64,000 nt of DNA from an uncultured delta proteobacterium (GCA_963760795.1 CAVXEP010000015.1:64001-128000); one strand, 5' to 3'; counted from the first letter of the stretch, positions 10,288-21,620 are shown. Program-made: numbers and translations. Notes: a model not told the origin generated them from the letters alone.

Positions 10288-11031
10288 TCACAACCGATAC
10301 TTTCCACTTAACAGATTACGCCGCACGGTGAAGGTATCGCCCAGGACATGGAAATAGTCTGACAATTTTACATGGCTGCGGTCGTCGTTGAGCCAACGCG
10401 CCGAAATGACGCCGATTTTGTAGCCCAGCCGTTGCGCCAGCGCCAGCACTTCGATATCGAATCCCCAGCCGTCGATGGTCGTCTGCGCGAAGATCCGCTC
10501 CGCCGCTTCGGCCCGAAAGGCCTTAAAGCCGCACTGGGTATCCCAGATTCCCGGCACCACGGCGATCTGCACAATCCGATTGCCGAGCCGGCCAATGGCG
10601 CGCTTGTACCAGGCCTGGGAAATCACTTGCAGCGCCTCGGGTACGTCCTTAGCATTGCGCGACGCGATGACAACATCGTAGCCCTGGTCGAACAGCGGCT
10701 TCATTTTGTCAAAGTGAGCAATATCCGTAGAGTTGTCCGCATCGCAGAATAACCGGACCTCGCCTTTGGCAGCGAGCATGCCTTCTTTGACGGTGTAGCC
10801 TTTACCGCGATTGTCTTTGCGATCAAGGATCTTTAGTTGAGGCACATCGCGTGCCACGCTGCGCACGATATCGAGCGTTGCATCAGTTGGGCCATCGAGA
10901 ACAACTATGATCTCGGAACTGAATGGACGCTGCAACAAATATTCCTGCATACGTTGAAGGGTGTTCGGTAATCTCGCCGCCTCATTGTACGCGGGAACGA
11001 CTATCGACAAATAAGCTCCGGGTTGTGTCAA
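10288..11031 (-). CDS. GT2 dolichyl/polyprenyl-phosphate glycosyltransferase (ALG5-like)
   Basis: SIVVPAYNEA, NRGKG, DAD, DTQCGFKAF, GWGFDIEVL. Confidence 0.9.
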   Translation of the reverse strand: MTQPGAYLSIVVPAYNEAARLPNTLQRMQEYLLQRPFSSEIIVVLDGPTDATLDIVRSVARDVPQLKILDRKDNRGKGYTVKEGMLAAKGEVRLFCDADNSTDIAHFDKMKPLFDQGYDVVIASRNAKDVPEALQVISQAWYKRAIGRLGNRIVQIAVVPGIWDTQCGFKAFRAEAAERIFAQTTIDGWGFDIEVLALAQRLGYKIGVISARWLNDDRSHVKLSDYFHVLGDTFTVRRNLLSGKYRL

Positions 11032-11188
11032 TTATGCATCCTGACTGACTCGGCCTTGGCCAAACACCGAAACCTTAATGACTTAACCTTTCGTCTCCTC
11101 GACCCGCCAGAACGGCGGTCGGTCTTGGCAGTGAACCGCTTGGCGGATCATCGTCACAAACTGTCTATGCCGCAGTACAGTAACGTGC

Positions 11189-13213
11189 TTATCTGGCGGT
11201 CGGACTGGAGCGCAAAATGCGCAACGATTCGGCTAAATGTTTGGCGCCCTCTTCTTTGTTTCCAAGTTCCAACTGACCGCGACCAAGGCTCTCGTGAGCT
11301 TCGGCATCATGAGGCAAGAGCCTCGTCGCTTCGCGAAAGTAATTTACCGCATCGTTAAGTTTCCCTTGCGCCGCTAAAACCCGCCCCATTTGCAAGAGAA
11401 TTCGCCCGTCATGTGGATCTTTTTTTGCGGCAATAGCCAAGACCTGCGCCGCCTCGTCAAGGCGGCCTTCGACAGCCAAGATCATTCCCAGTTTGACCCG
11501 TGCTAGGTTGCGTTCGGGCGCTAATTCTATGACTTTTCGTAAGTGTTCAACAGCTTCTCGGGTCTGCGCTTGGTTGACTAAAGCGGTAGCCAGATTTTCT
11601 CGAGCTTCGATGCTGTTTGGATTGAATTGAACAAACACCCGGTAGTGTTCGAGCGCTTCGGCCATCTTTCCTTGTTTATACAGTAACGCGCCCGCACGTT
11701 CGTGGGCATCCCAATGTTCCGGGTTGAGCTCGAGCGCGCGGCGGTATGACGAAACTGCGTCGCCGTAATTTCCTTGTGACTCGGACAGCATCGCGAGATT
11801 GTAATAAGCTGAGCTGGTAGGATTCATCGCAGCAGCATTTCTCCATAGAGTCTCAGCGTTTTGCCACAGCGGAATTTGCCGCCAAGTGAGCACCCCTAAA
11901 GTGGTTAACCCGGCTACAATGATGGATGCACAGGAAACCAACACCGGGGTTCGCATTCCTCGCACCGCAACAACATAGAGACCGCGTTCAGCACAGGCGC
12001 CGATCAACAGCGTCCAGGGCAGCGCGGCAAGATAGGTGAACCGATCGGCGAAGACCTGCTCGACCGGAAATCCGTCCCGGAAAACCGGCAGCAATAGCAA
12101 TATATAACAGAGCCACAACGGGACTAATGCAGGCCACTTGTGACGCAGGACAACAACGAGTGCGCCGAGAACCATGCTCGCCGCGATAAATAACGCCATA
12201 GACGATGCCGTTAACTCGTAAGCCGGCGTCAAACCGATCGGCAATATTGCGTTCCACAAATAAAGCGCCGGTGCGGCAAGCTGATCGAGCGCCCAATGGA
12301 GTACATTTCCTCGGTGGGTGGTCAGCTGAGACGGATCCTCATAACGACCGGCAATGACCGCCACGACCGCATACGCACCCGACAGGAGTATATAGGGCGA
12401 CTGATCTCTTAACGACCGTCCTACGCTACCCGGCATATCGTTTTTCGGACTGCCATCCGCCCTTGCGGCAAAGTGGTGCATGATCGATAAGATCGCAGGC
12501 AAAAAAAATCCACTCGGTCCGGCTAAAAGACTAAGCAAAAATGTCGCCAGCGAGGCAAATCTCCAGGCCGCGCTCATTACACCACCTGCCGCGCCGGCGA
12601 TTGCCTTGAGATAAATTAACAGACTCAAGAGAAAAAACATTGAAGCGATGAGTTCGCCTCGTGTAGACGCCCATGCCACAGATTCGACCCGGAGCGGATG
12701 GAGCGCGAAGCTAAGAGCAGCAACCGCAGCGGGCAAACCAAACCATTTCACGCCTGGGTATGCATCGCCCCTTTGCCAGTGAACAAACAGCGCCACAGCG
12801 ATGTGATAGAAGATCACTGCGTTGACGATATGGACAGACAAATTTATTAAGTGATAGCCAAACGGGTCGGTCCACCAAAACACATGGTTGATACCGAGAC
12901 TCAACCAGGCGACTGGCTGGAACTGACCGAAGTGAAAGCCCGTGAACATCCATTGAAGCTGGACCCAGCCGAGCCCACGATAGCCCAGGTTTTCGACAAG
13001 CAGCCGCGTGTCGGAATCAACAAAACCATTGTTGAGTACCGGTAAAAACACCAAAAAGGTGACCCCAATAATGATCGACGGAAAAACACTCGGCCCCGAT
13101 AGAATTCGGCAACCGCTGAGGAAAGTCTGCAGCTGTGCCGCAGACGATGGATCAGTCACCGGAGCCGTTCGAGAAACCGCCGGTATGCGGCGCCGAGTTT
13201 GCTTCGCCTTCAT
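11189..13213 (-). CDS. TMTC-like GT-C membrane protein with C-terminal TPRs
   Basis: PFGYHLINL..H, FALHPLRVESVAW, ADRFTYL, W.NAETLW followed by several TPRs. Confidence 0.85.
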   Translation of the reverse strand: MKAKQTRRRIPAVSRTAPVTDPSSAAQLQTFLSGCRILSGPSVFPSIIIGVTFLVFLPVLNNGFVDSDTRLLVENLGYRGLGWVQLQWMFTGFHFGQFQPVAWLSLGINHVFWWTDPFGYHLINLSVHIVNAVIFYHIAVALFVHWQRGDAYPGVKWFGLPAAVAALSFALHPLRVESVAWASTRGELIASMFFLLSLLIYLKAIAGAAGGVMSAAWRFASLATFLLSLLAGPSGFFLPAILSIMHHFAARADGSPKNDMPGSVGRSLRDQSPYILLSGAYAVVAVIAGRYEDPSQLTTHRGNVLHWALDQLAAPALYLWNAILPIGLTPAYELTASSMALFIAASMVLGALVVVLRHKWPALVPLWLCYILLLLPVFRDGFPVEQVFADRFTYLAALPWTLLIGACAERGLYVVAVRGMRTPVLVSCASIIVAGLTTLGVLTWRQIPLWQNAETLWRNAAAMNPTSSAYYNLAMLSESQGNYGDAVSSYRRALELNPEHWDAHERAGALLYKQGKMAEALEHYRVFVQFNPNSIEARENLATALVNQAQTREAVEHLRKVIELAPERNLARVKLGMILAVEGRLDEAAQVLAIAAKKDPHDGRILLQMGRVLAAQGKLNDAVNYFREATRLLPHDAEAHESLGRGQLELGNKEEGAKHLAESLRILRSSPTAR

Positions 13214-13268
13214 CTAATTTGTCGAACTGTGATCGAACGATCGAGCGGACGCTTGCCCGCGCCGGTGG

Positions 13269-14780
13269 TTATTTTTTTTTGCCGGACTTGCGCGACGCCG
13301 CCGCCACCGCGAGTTTATTATTCTGCCGGTCTCTCTGGCGCGAGCCGCGCGCATTTCCAGAGACCACGGCTCCCTTCCTTTGGGAAAACACCTGAAAGAT
13401 CGTTTCTCCCAGTATCCCGGCGACTAGTGCCAACCAAAATAGCCTTTGGTGAAAATCGCCGTAATCAGCCATGACTCGCTGCTTGAGTGTCCACACGTTC
13501 GGCGCCATAACGCCTTGCACTCCGTAATTTGTCGCCGCCACCGCGAATACTACGCTATAGAATAGAGTGCAAAAGACCAGCCCGCGGGCGACCTTTCCTG
13601 GCCAACCCGCGACATGAAAGAATGCCGGCAGCCCCAACGCGAGAATTGCATACAAAGGCAGAAAAAAACGGCCCATGCCCCAACCCACTGACCCATGATG
13701 CTCCATAGTAACAATAAACAAAAAATGGACTGCCGCTAAAAGTATCAACATATGCCGCACGCGGGGTTTGAGGGGTGCGCCGAGCATGAGGCCGATGGCC
13801 CCTAAAAAAAACACCGGAAACGTCCATAGTAAGCCGTACTCCGACTGCCATAGGTAAAATCCAATTTTCTCCCAGGCATTAGACAGGTTAAGGGGCGATG
13901 GAAAATTCTGGTCGAACCCGCCGGCCGAATAACCGGTAGCGAAAGGCGATCCAAAAACCGTCGCGTTTGAGATCGGCAGAATCGATAGTGTCGGCAAGAA
14001 CGCCAACGTGAAACAAACCATGGAGCGGCGCGACGGGCGGCTGACAATTAGGTACACGCAAATCAGCAAAACGATCGGCAGCACCAAATAAGTCGTCACC
14101 ACGGCGAATGCGAGGAGAAAACCAACAGCCAGCGCACAGAGGGATGCGCCAAGGCCATTGTCGGTTGATCGGCACTGCCAGATAACTAGGCCAAGGAGAA
14201 TCAGCGCGACCGCCAGACTGTCATGATAGAGCACTCCAGACGCAGCCCACCACGGACTCGAGAAGGCAACCGTCATGCTGGCGAAAGCCGCAGCCAGCCA
14301 TGGAATTTCCCAGTACCGTCCCAGGACAAAAAGCGCCATGACTCCGAGCGCGCCCAGTGGCGCGGTTAAGCTCCAGACCAAGATTTTCCACACCAGTGGC
14401 TCGTGTGTCTCGAATCGCCATCCCAAATGCACGCATACGGCATACCATGGCGCCGCCAGAAGAAATTGTCCGGGGGCATGATTCACATAGTACCTGCCGC
14501 CGTAGGGGAAAATATTGAAAAGTTCACGGAAGGCAGCAGTCTTCGTGTCGAAGTTTTCGAACACCCGTTCATTGTTGGCTTCCTTGATGTTGCCATGAAC
14601 AAAGTGCAACCGACCGCGCTCCACCAGGGCTTCGACCACGGCACCCTGCAGCGCAAACGGACGCTGCTCGACCGTTGCAAACAATACCCAACAAACCAGG
14701 AATATGCCGACCGCGGTCCACCGGTCACGCTGTTGCCACTGGACTAAAGAGCCCGCAGGAGAATTCATCGTATCGGCCAA
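13269..14780 (-). CDS. Polytopic membrane protein, probable GT-C fold
   Basis: About 10-11 hydrophobic segments, N-terminal loop, PFATGY and GWGMGRFFLP motifs, basic tail; glycosylation context. Confidence 0.65.
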   Translation of the reverse strand: MADTMNSPAGSLVQWQQRDRWTAVGIFLVCWVLFATVEQRPFALQGAVVEALVERGRLHFVHGNIKEANNERVFENFDTKTAAFRELFNIFPYGGRYYVNHAPGQFLLAAPWYAVCVHLGWRFETHEPLVWKILVWSLTAPLGALGVMALFVLGRYWEIPWLAAAFASMTVAFSSPWWAASGVLYHDSLAVALILLGLVIWQCRSTDNGLGASLCALAVGFLLAFAVVTTYLVLPIVLLICVYLIVSRPSRRSMVCFTLAFLPTLSILPISNATVFGSPFATGYSAGGFDQNFPSPLNLSNAWEKIGFYLWQSEYGLLWTFPVFFLGAIGLMLGAPLKPRVRHMLILLAAVHFLFIVTMEHHGSVGWGMGRFFLPLYAILALGLPAFFHVAGWPGKVARGLVFCTLFYSVVFAVAATNYGVQGVMAPNVWTLKQRVMADYGDFHQRLFWLALVAGILGETIFQVFSQRKGAVVSGNARGSRQRDRQNNKLAVAAASRKSGKKK

Positions 14781-15292
14781 GACGCTAATCGAATTACTGA
14801 TACTGCCAAACCTTTTCGCCGGTTTGTCGCATGTGATTTTTCACGAGCCAAGTGAAAATCAGCAGCGCTGCGCATGAAAGTTCGCGTTTCTTCGTCGTCA
14901 ATCTGCTACAGCCTGCCAAGCTTCGTCTTGTCTCGAGAGATGCTCAAACAGAACATACTATTAAATCGCGTTCAAACCCTATTCTCACGTGTCGGCGGTT
15001 ATCCGCGCCGACTTCATGCTTGTACATGGCCGCGCTTGCGGGTATTTTTGCACAGGGCAAGCCAACTCGTCGGTCGATTTACCAATACGCTGCATGAGTC
15101 TTATTGACAATTTTTTGCCGCTTCGGAATGATCTGTGCAGCGTTCATGGGCTGCTCACTGTCCCCAAGATGTTATCCCTGAGGCCTCTCGATTTAACTCT
15201 TCATGGGAGGCAAGTTATCGCTCAAGCCGCTTGGTTGTGATCAAAACATCAACACCGAGGGCGTTAGCGCATAACTGTAAAGCCAATCACCG

Positions 15293-17378
15293 ATGCTAGA
15301 AACTTCTCGGTATCCCGGCTTACGACCGAACTTGACCGGCATCATGCTAGCCTGGTGCATTTTGGTGTTTATCGAGTTTACTTTTTTCGTATTGATTTCG
15401 CGTAGCGCGTTTCATAGTCGCGAATTGCCTCTTGGCGCTCTCCTTCTTCTTTTCAGCGAGTCGGTCACGCTACTTACAATCGTGACTTTTGTCATCGGCG
15501 CCGCGCTGGCAACCGGGGGCATCGCTATTCAAAGATATTTCTCCCCTGGGCCTCGGACAATTTGGATCATCCGCTTCCTGGGCACATCGCTAGTTTGGCT
15601 AGGCCTCATAGTCTATGGCGCAAGCTGGAGTCTATTCTGGCAAACCGGCAGCTTTATCGGCAAACAAGTGTTCATCTTTTTAGCGCCCCATCCGCTGCAG
15701 GTTTTCCATTGGGTCGACTTCGATATAGCCTGTGCCATAGTCGCGGTCGCCGGGGTCGGCGCGTTTGTCCTCACCGTGGCGATTCCGCAGCTGGGTCGCG
15801 GCGCATTCGTCAACGGTTCAGCTCCAGTTATTGCGAAGCGGCAACCGAGCGATAGTTGTTTTTGCCATCGGCGCGCTGCTCGGCTTCGTGTACAGCCAAG
15901 GCGGCGATCGCAAATCCACAAAGGCTGGGATCGTCTATACTAGAATCCGCGAAAATATCTCCGGCCCGTGGTCTTTTGCGTTCGCCGAATTTGTCAAACC
16001 GACAAGTGATTCGGTAACGGGACTGCCCATCGACAAGAGTTTTCGGATATCGCAACGGCCGCTCATGCCGGTCGATCGATACACCGCTATGGCTCGGCAA
16101 AAACCCCACCACCAATGGAATGTCGTGCTGCTGACCGTCGAATCGCTTCGCGCCGATCAATTGCGCGCTTATGGCGGTGGTCGAGAGGTCATGCCGGCTC
16201 TAGACCAGCTCGCCAGCGAGGCGCGGGTCTTCCTGAACAGCTACACCCAGTCCAGCCACACCAATTACGCTACGATCGTGCCGCTGTCGTCGCATTATCC
16301 GTTACGCTCGGCAACCATGTATAGCTACCCGAAAAATCCGACTTATCCACGAGTCTTGATCTACGACTTGCTTAAGGCACTCGGTTATCGCACCGCGATC
16401 TTCTCTTCATCGAATGAAAATTGGAGCGGCATGAACAATTATTTAGAAACTGGAAACCTCGATCGATTTATTCATGCCGCCAATTCAAAGAAGCCCACCT
16501 ATCTCATGCCAGGAGACGCCGGATTCGCCACGTGGGCTCGAGACTCCAATCATGCCGGGAGCCTCGATGACCGCACGACCGTCGATGAAGCCCTTGAATG
16601 GCTTGATGGCCTTGGTAACGAACCCTTCTTTGTGGCACTGAATTTTCAGAACAGCCATCTCCCTTACCCCATCCCGCCGGACTTTCCGCGACGATTCGGA
16701 CCAGCGAAACTCGACTTCACGATTCGCTTCGCCCACTTCCCGAAGGACAAGGTAGAGATCGTCAAAGATGTGTATGCGGATAGCCTGGCGTACGTTGATT
16801 CTCAGATTCAGCGTTTTATTCAACATCTCAAACTCAAGAACAAGTGGGACAACACCCTGGTGATTATCACCGGCGACCACGGCCAGGCTTTTTATGAACA
16901 TGGGTTTGCCTCTCATGCGAGTGCAATCTTCGACGAAGTCATGCGCGTTCCCTTGATCGTCCGTGCGCCCGGACTCAAAGCTGGGCGTGAGAATCGCCTC
17001 GCCCAGCATGTCGATATCGCGCCGTCGATCACTGGACTGCTTGGCCTGCCCAATCATCCAAGCTTCCAAGGAATCGATCTCTTCGCCACGCCGGAGAACC
17101 CCAGCCGAGCCGCGTACATGGTTGCCCAAACACCGGATGCCTATCAATACGGTATCGTGCGCGCAGGCTTCAAACTCATCTTTGATGAAAGACTGCGAGT
17201 ACATCGGCTCTTCAACCTTGAAACGGATCCTGGCGAGAAACAGGATGTAGCCACCACCGAGCCAGTGATTGTGAAGGAACTGGCAACCCGTCTAAACACC
17301 TGGCGTAAACTCCAAATCGATTATTATTCGGACCCCACGGTCCAAAAGCGCGAGTACCCACCGATACTCAACGATTAG
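15293..17378 (+). CDS. Membrane-anchored sulfatase/LTA-synthase-like alkaline phosphatase superfamily protein (frameshift near 15800)
   Basis: N-terminal TM part in ORF 15293-15943; NVVLLTVESLRAD, SSHT, SHLPY, TGDHG and VPLIV in ORF 15765-17378. Confidence 0.82.
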
Positions 17379-17411
17379 CTGGTCGATCCCATCCCAAAGC
17401 GCTGGTGCACC

Positions 17412-19376
17412 TTGGCAAAAAGCCGGCATCAAAGAAAAAAACCAACCAACGACCGACCGGCAGCGACGCGCTCACGTTTGCATCGCGGCTCGACGGCCGA
17501 ACACAATTACCATTTCCCCAGATGGGCCGGTGTAGTGTTTATACTCCATGCCTTTGCCCTCGCGCTGAGCTTTGAAACAATCTACGCGCTATTTGGCAAC
17601 CAGCCGCTGATCGACCAGGACTGGGGGCTGCACTTCCATCATCTGAAATCACTGGAAGCTTTCTGGCGCGATAGCGCTGGTTTGTCGGGCTACAACCCCT
17701 ACTTCATGGCCGGCTATCCATCGAACACGATCCAAGATTTGAGCGTCAAATTTTTCGAATTCGCTTCGCTGGGACTCGCGACCATCGGATTAGCGCCGGC
17801 CCAAGGGTTCAAGATCACCGCATTCCTGGCCATGGCCAGCGTACCAGGGCTGAGCTATTTTGCCGGGCGTAATTTTTTCTATAACCACGAGTCAAGGGAC
17901 ATGATCGCCCTCGGCTCTGCCTCGTTGGGCGCCCTCTATTGGTGGAACTCCTTGCCGCGGGAAATGTTTTTCTACGGCATGATCGGCTTTCCCGTGGCAG
18001 CCTATTTCAGCGTCTGGGGAGTGTCCTTGTTCTACCGCTTGGTCATGGAGTCGCCGAAACCGGGGCTACTCCATGTTGGCTGGCTCTTGTTCGCGGCAGT
18101 GATTCTCCCATTGCATGTCCAGTCGCTGGTTATTTTCGCGCCGTCGATGATCGCGCTATTGATCGTCCAGCCAAGACGAATGACAGCAATGTTATTTTTT
18201 TGGCTGGTTGCAGCGCTGGCGCTTTGCGCCCTGGTAAACTTCCCATGGCTCATAACCGCGTTCAATCACCGTCACGACGACGTTTCTTCAGCCATCGTCG
18301 CGCAGCTGCCGCTGTTTGCCAGCAGCGATCCGTTGACGTTCTTGATCGACTATCTCGGCGCCAAGGGGTATTGGACGTTTCGTCCATCGTTTGTCGAAAA
18401 AGGCTTTCGCCTCATGCTGTTGATTTTGGGCGTGCTTGGAACCATTGAGTTAATCAAGAAAGGCAACCGCCCTGTCGGCATTGCGCTCACTGCGGGGCTG
18501 TTGAGCCTGTTCGTATTAACCTACTTCGGCGCCTTCATTCCTGGTCTGGCGGCTTGGCAGCCGTTGCGTTTCAAGGTCCCGTTCGATCTTTTCCTGGTGA
18601 TTGGCGCGGCGTATTGCCTCAACCAATGGCTTACCGGTCAGAAAGCGTGGCGCTTTCATCTCGTTCCGGCAACGTTCGCGCTGGGCGGCTTGGCCTTCGC
18701 GATCAATCTTGTTCAGACAGAGTCGATGGGCAAGCTGCAACTGCGTACCCGCATGGTTCCGGAAATCACGGCGATTGTCGACTGGGTTGGCCGTGAAACG
18801 CCGCGCGACGCCCGAGTGCTGTTCGAAGAATCCGGCGATGAAACCGGCTTTGTCTACGACGGCATCTATCTGTCATCTTTTCTGCCGCACTTGAGCGACC
18901 GGCAGTTGATCGGCGGCCCGATCAATATCTACAATGATCGCCACCATTTCGCCGAGTTTCATTCGGGCCAGCTTTTTAAGCGCGACATTGGCACCATTTC
19001 TGACGATGACCTGCGTAACTATTTGCGACTGTACAACATCGGCGCGGTAGTCGCTTTTCATCCGGCTTCGATTAAAAAGCTGCTGTCGATACCTGGTCTC
19101 GTGACTGTCGATCGGCGCATCGGACCGATCCATCTAATGAAAGTAAATCAGCCGCTGAGCTGGTTTGTGGAGGGTGACGGAAAAGTGCAAGCCGGCGCCA
19201 ATCGTTTAGAGCTTCACGACCTGAAAGGCAGTGAAATCGTGCTTAAATATCATTGGGTCGCCGGCCTTAACAGCGAGCCTGCCGCAAAGATCGAAGCGGT
19301 CAAACTAGCCGACGATCCGATTCCGTTCATTAAACTCATCGACCCACCGTCGTCATTGGTCTTGCGCGTCCAATAG
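17412..19376 (+). CDS. Polytopic membrane protein, probable GT-C glycosyltransferase with C-terminal soluble domain
   Basis: First loop DQDWGLH...GYNPYFMAGYP; more than 10 TM segments; L..YNIG.V motif. Confidence 0.65.
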   Translation: MAKSRHQRKKPTNDRPAATRSRLHRGSTAEHNYHFPRWAGVVFILHAFALALSFETIYALFGNQPLIDQDWGLHFHHLKSLEAFWRDSAGLSGYNPYFMAGYPSNTIQDLSVKFFEFASLGLATIGLAPAQGFKITAFLAMASVPGLSYFAGRNFFYNHESRDMIALGSASLGALYWWNSLPREMFFYGMIGFPVAAYFSVWGVSLFYRLVMESPKPGLLHVGWLLFAAVILPLHVQSLVIFAPSMIALLIVQPRRMTAMLFFWLVAALALCALVNFPWLITAFNHRHDDVSSAIVAQLPLFASSDPLTFLIDYLGAKGYWTFRPSFVEKGFRLMLLILGVLGTIELIKKGNRPVGIALTAGLLSLFVLTYFGAFIPGLAAWQPLRFKVPFDLFLVIGAAYCLNQWLTGQKAWRFHLVPATFALGGLAFAINLVQTESMGKLQLRTRMVPEITAIVDWVGRETPRDARVLFEESGDETGFVYDGIYLSSFLPHLSDRQLIGGPINIYNDRHHFAEFHSGQLFKRDIGTISDDDLRNYLRLYNIGAVVAFHPASIKKLLSIPGLVTVDRRIGPIHLMKVNQPLSWFVEGDGKVQAGANRLELHDLKGSEIVLKYHWVAGLNSEPAAKIEAVKLADDPIPFIKLIDPPSSLVLRVQ

Positions 19377-19434
19377 CTCCCGGCATGTCGTCAAGCGCTT
19401 ACCACTTGGAACCGCGCCATGTTACATCGAGATA

Positions 19435-21438
19435 CTATCTAGCCGGCGAATTCGAGCCGCTTTGCTGCATCAAGCGAACTGCTTCCTGATGGTGCTGCAT
19501 CGCCTGCGCTTTTTTCCCTTGAAGCGCTAGCAGCTGCGCCAAGCTCTGATGGGCCGGGGCAAAATCGGCGCGCCGTTGCAGCGCTTGGGTAAACGCCGCC
19601 TCCGCCTCGGCGTAACGATTCTGCGCCGCGTAGACGCTGCCCAGATAGTAAATCGGCTCGGCGGCCTCCGGACTAAGCGCTGCCGCCTGTTGCAGCGGGG
19701 CAACCGCCTCATCCATCCGACCGTTTTTTGCCAAGGCGACGCCAAGATTGAGCTGCGCCCGGCTCACCGACGGATCGAGCGTGATCGCCTTTTGGAAATG
19801 TTCCATGCCGGTAGCGAGATCGCCGCCCTCGGCGAGAAGTTGGCCATAGTTGCTATGAGCTTCGGCATAGTTGGGCAATAACCGGAGTGAGTCTTCAAAA
19901 TGGCGCCGTGCCAGATCGGATCGGCCCTTCTGCATGTACAGATTGCCAAGGTTATAGTGGGCCACTCCATAGTCCGGTTGAATCTCCAGGGCACGCAAGG
20001 CGGCGTCGATCGCGTCATCGACGTTACCCTGCTTCGCATAAGCATTGGCCAAGTTATTATAGCCGGCGGCGCCTGGCCCGGATGGACCGCCAAGGGGCCA
20101 GTTTACCAACCCGGCTGTGATTGCCAGAACTATCGACGCCGTGATTGCTTGGGACCAATTCTTTTGGCGCAATAGCCGGACAAACTCGACAATCGCTACC
20201 CCGGCAAACAATGCTAAAAACGGCACCAGCGGATAACGATATCGGCCAAAGACATAAAACAGCGCCACACTGCCGGCGAGCGCCAAGATCATCGCATGGA
20301 GGAGCCACAGCCGGCGCCACTCGCGCCAGGTAAAAAACATCCCGGCAGCGGCAAGCGGCGCAAGTACACCGAAGTGAGCGAGCCACGCCAAAAGTGCCAG
20401 CGGCGCCGAGAACTGGCGGTAGATGTAAAAATCATCGGAGTCCTCGATCTCGCGCGCATGCCAAACCAACAACCACTTCCGCCCCAAGAGACTCAGCCAT
20501 CGACCCGGTTGCGCTTCGATAAAAGCGATCGACTGGCGCAACCAGTAACTGGAAACCTCGCCGGGCGTCAGTGAGTGGCCGGTCGCTCTTTCAGCCAGGC
20601 GCTTAGCGTCCGGACCTTCCAGCTGAACCTCTTTGATGAGTTGCCTAACCGATCCGTAGGTTCCGTCGGCAACCGGATTATTGCCGATAAAGAAGTTCGG
20701 CCCCAGCTGCGAGGTGGTGAGCTTGAACTCGCCGCCAACGATCAAGTTGCGGATTCCGACGGGGACCAGGACGAATAACAAACCAGCCAGGAAGCAGCCC
20801 AGCCAGCGCGCGCGGACCGCCGGCGGTTCGCGAGGAAGCTCAACAAATATCCATATCGCGACAAGCGGAGCCAAGATCAGGGCATTCTCGCGCGACAGGC
20901 CCAGAAGTCCCAGCAGCGAACCCACGCCGAGCCATTTCATCAGGTAGTGGGTTCGACCAACATCCACCAGGAGGTAGAGCATCAGACAGAGCAACGTCAA
21001 GTCAAGAATACTTTTTTCAATCAACGCGTCGAAAAATATCGCCGGCGCATAAATAGCCAGCACCAAGCCAGCGGCGATGCCCGCCGAACGAGAAAACAAT
21101 TTATCACCGACAAGAAATAGCAAGGCGCAAGACAACGCCCCGAGGAGGATCTGCAAGAAACGAATCAGCCAGAGGTTGTGGCCAAAAACAAATTGCCAGA
21201 CGGCGAGAAAATAGGGATATAACGGCGCTTGGTAAAATACCCCGCTGCCAAGCCAGTCACCCGCGGCGATTCGCTGCGCCCACTCGTCGTAAGTCCGGCC
21301 GTCGCCGGCGAGGTTGTCGAACAGCGGCATCGCCTCGATCTGCCAAAGGTGAACAAATCGCAGTAGCAGCGCGATCGCAAAGATCGTACTGAACCACAGG
21401 GCGGTTGTCTTGGGCGCGAAGCTATCAGCCGCGCGCAC
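19435..21438 (-). CDS. GT39/PMT_2-like glycosyltransferase with C-terminal TPRs
   Basis: GDGRTYDEWA, FYQAPLYPYFLA, RENAL, NFFIGNNP, RYRYP; AYNNLA/AHYNLG TPRs. Confidence 0.85.
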   Translation of the reverse strand: MRAADSFAPKTTALWFSTIFAIALLLRFVHLWQIEAMPLFDNLAGDGRTYDEWAQRIAAGDWLGSGVFYQAPLYPYFLAVWQFVFGHNLWLIRFLQILLGALSCALLFLVGDKLFSRSAGIAAGLVLAIYAPAIFFDALIEKSILDLTLLCLMLYLLVDVGRTHYLMKWLGVGSLLGLLGLSRENALILAPLVAIWIFVELPREPPAVRARWLGCFLAGLLFVLVPVGIRNLIVGGEFKLTTSQLGPNFFIGNNPVADGTYGSVRQLIKEVQLEGPDAKRLAERATGHSLTPGEVSSYWLRQSIAFIEAQPGRWLSLLGRKWLLVWHAREIEDSDDFYIYRQFSAPLALLAWLAHFGVLAPLAAAGMFFTWREWRRLWLLHAMILALAGSVALFYVFGRYRYPLVPFLALFAGVAIVEFVRLLRQKNWSQAITASIVLAITAGLVNWPLGGPSGPGAAGYNNLANAYAKQGNVDDAIDAALRALEIQPDYGVAHYNLGNLYMQKGRSDLARRHFEDSLRLLPNYAEAHSNYGQLLAEGGDLATGMEHFQKAITLDPSVSRAQLNLGVALAKNGRMDEAVAPLQQAAALSPEAAEPIYYLGSVYAAQNRYAEAEAAFTQALQRRADFAPAHQSLAQLLALQGKKAQAMQHHQEAVRLMQQSGSNSPAR

Positions 21439-21620
21439 TCGGTTCGCGACGGCGTTGGGCCCGCGTCCTGTCAGCCAATCGATCTGATCGCTGACCCATG
21501 GCCCAATCGTTTTTTGCCGGCGGACTGCGTGACTCGCCTAGTTGACCTGATCATGGACATCGTGCAATCGGCTTGCTTTTTAGCGGATTATTGCGTTTCA
21601 TTGAGAATTCGAGTTCAACT

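Noticed and set aside
15045-15100. GCACAGGGCAA resembles the start of a c-di-GMP-I riboswitch
   Set aside because: The GAAA-capped stem and the downstream GACGCAAAG segment are absent; an Infernal scan would be decisive.
14833-15240. Small ORFs and hairpins in the 0.5-kb divergent intergenic region
   Set aside because: No RBS or motif supports the ORFs; the TGATTTTTCAC/GTGAAAATCA inverted repeat may be an operator but cannot be assigned.
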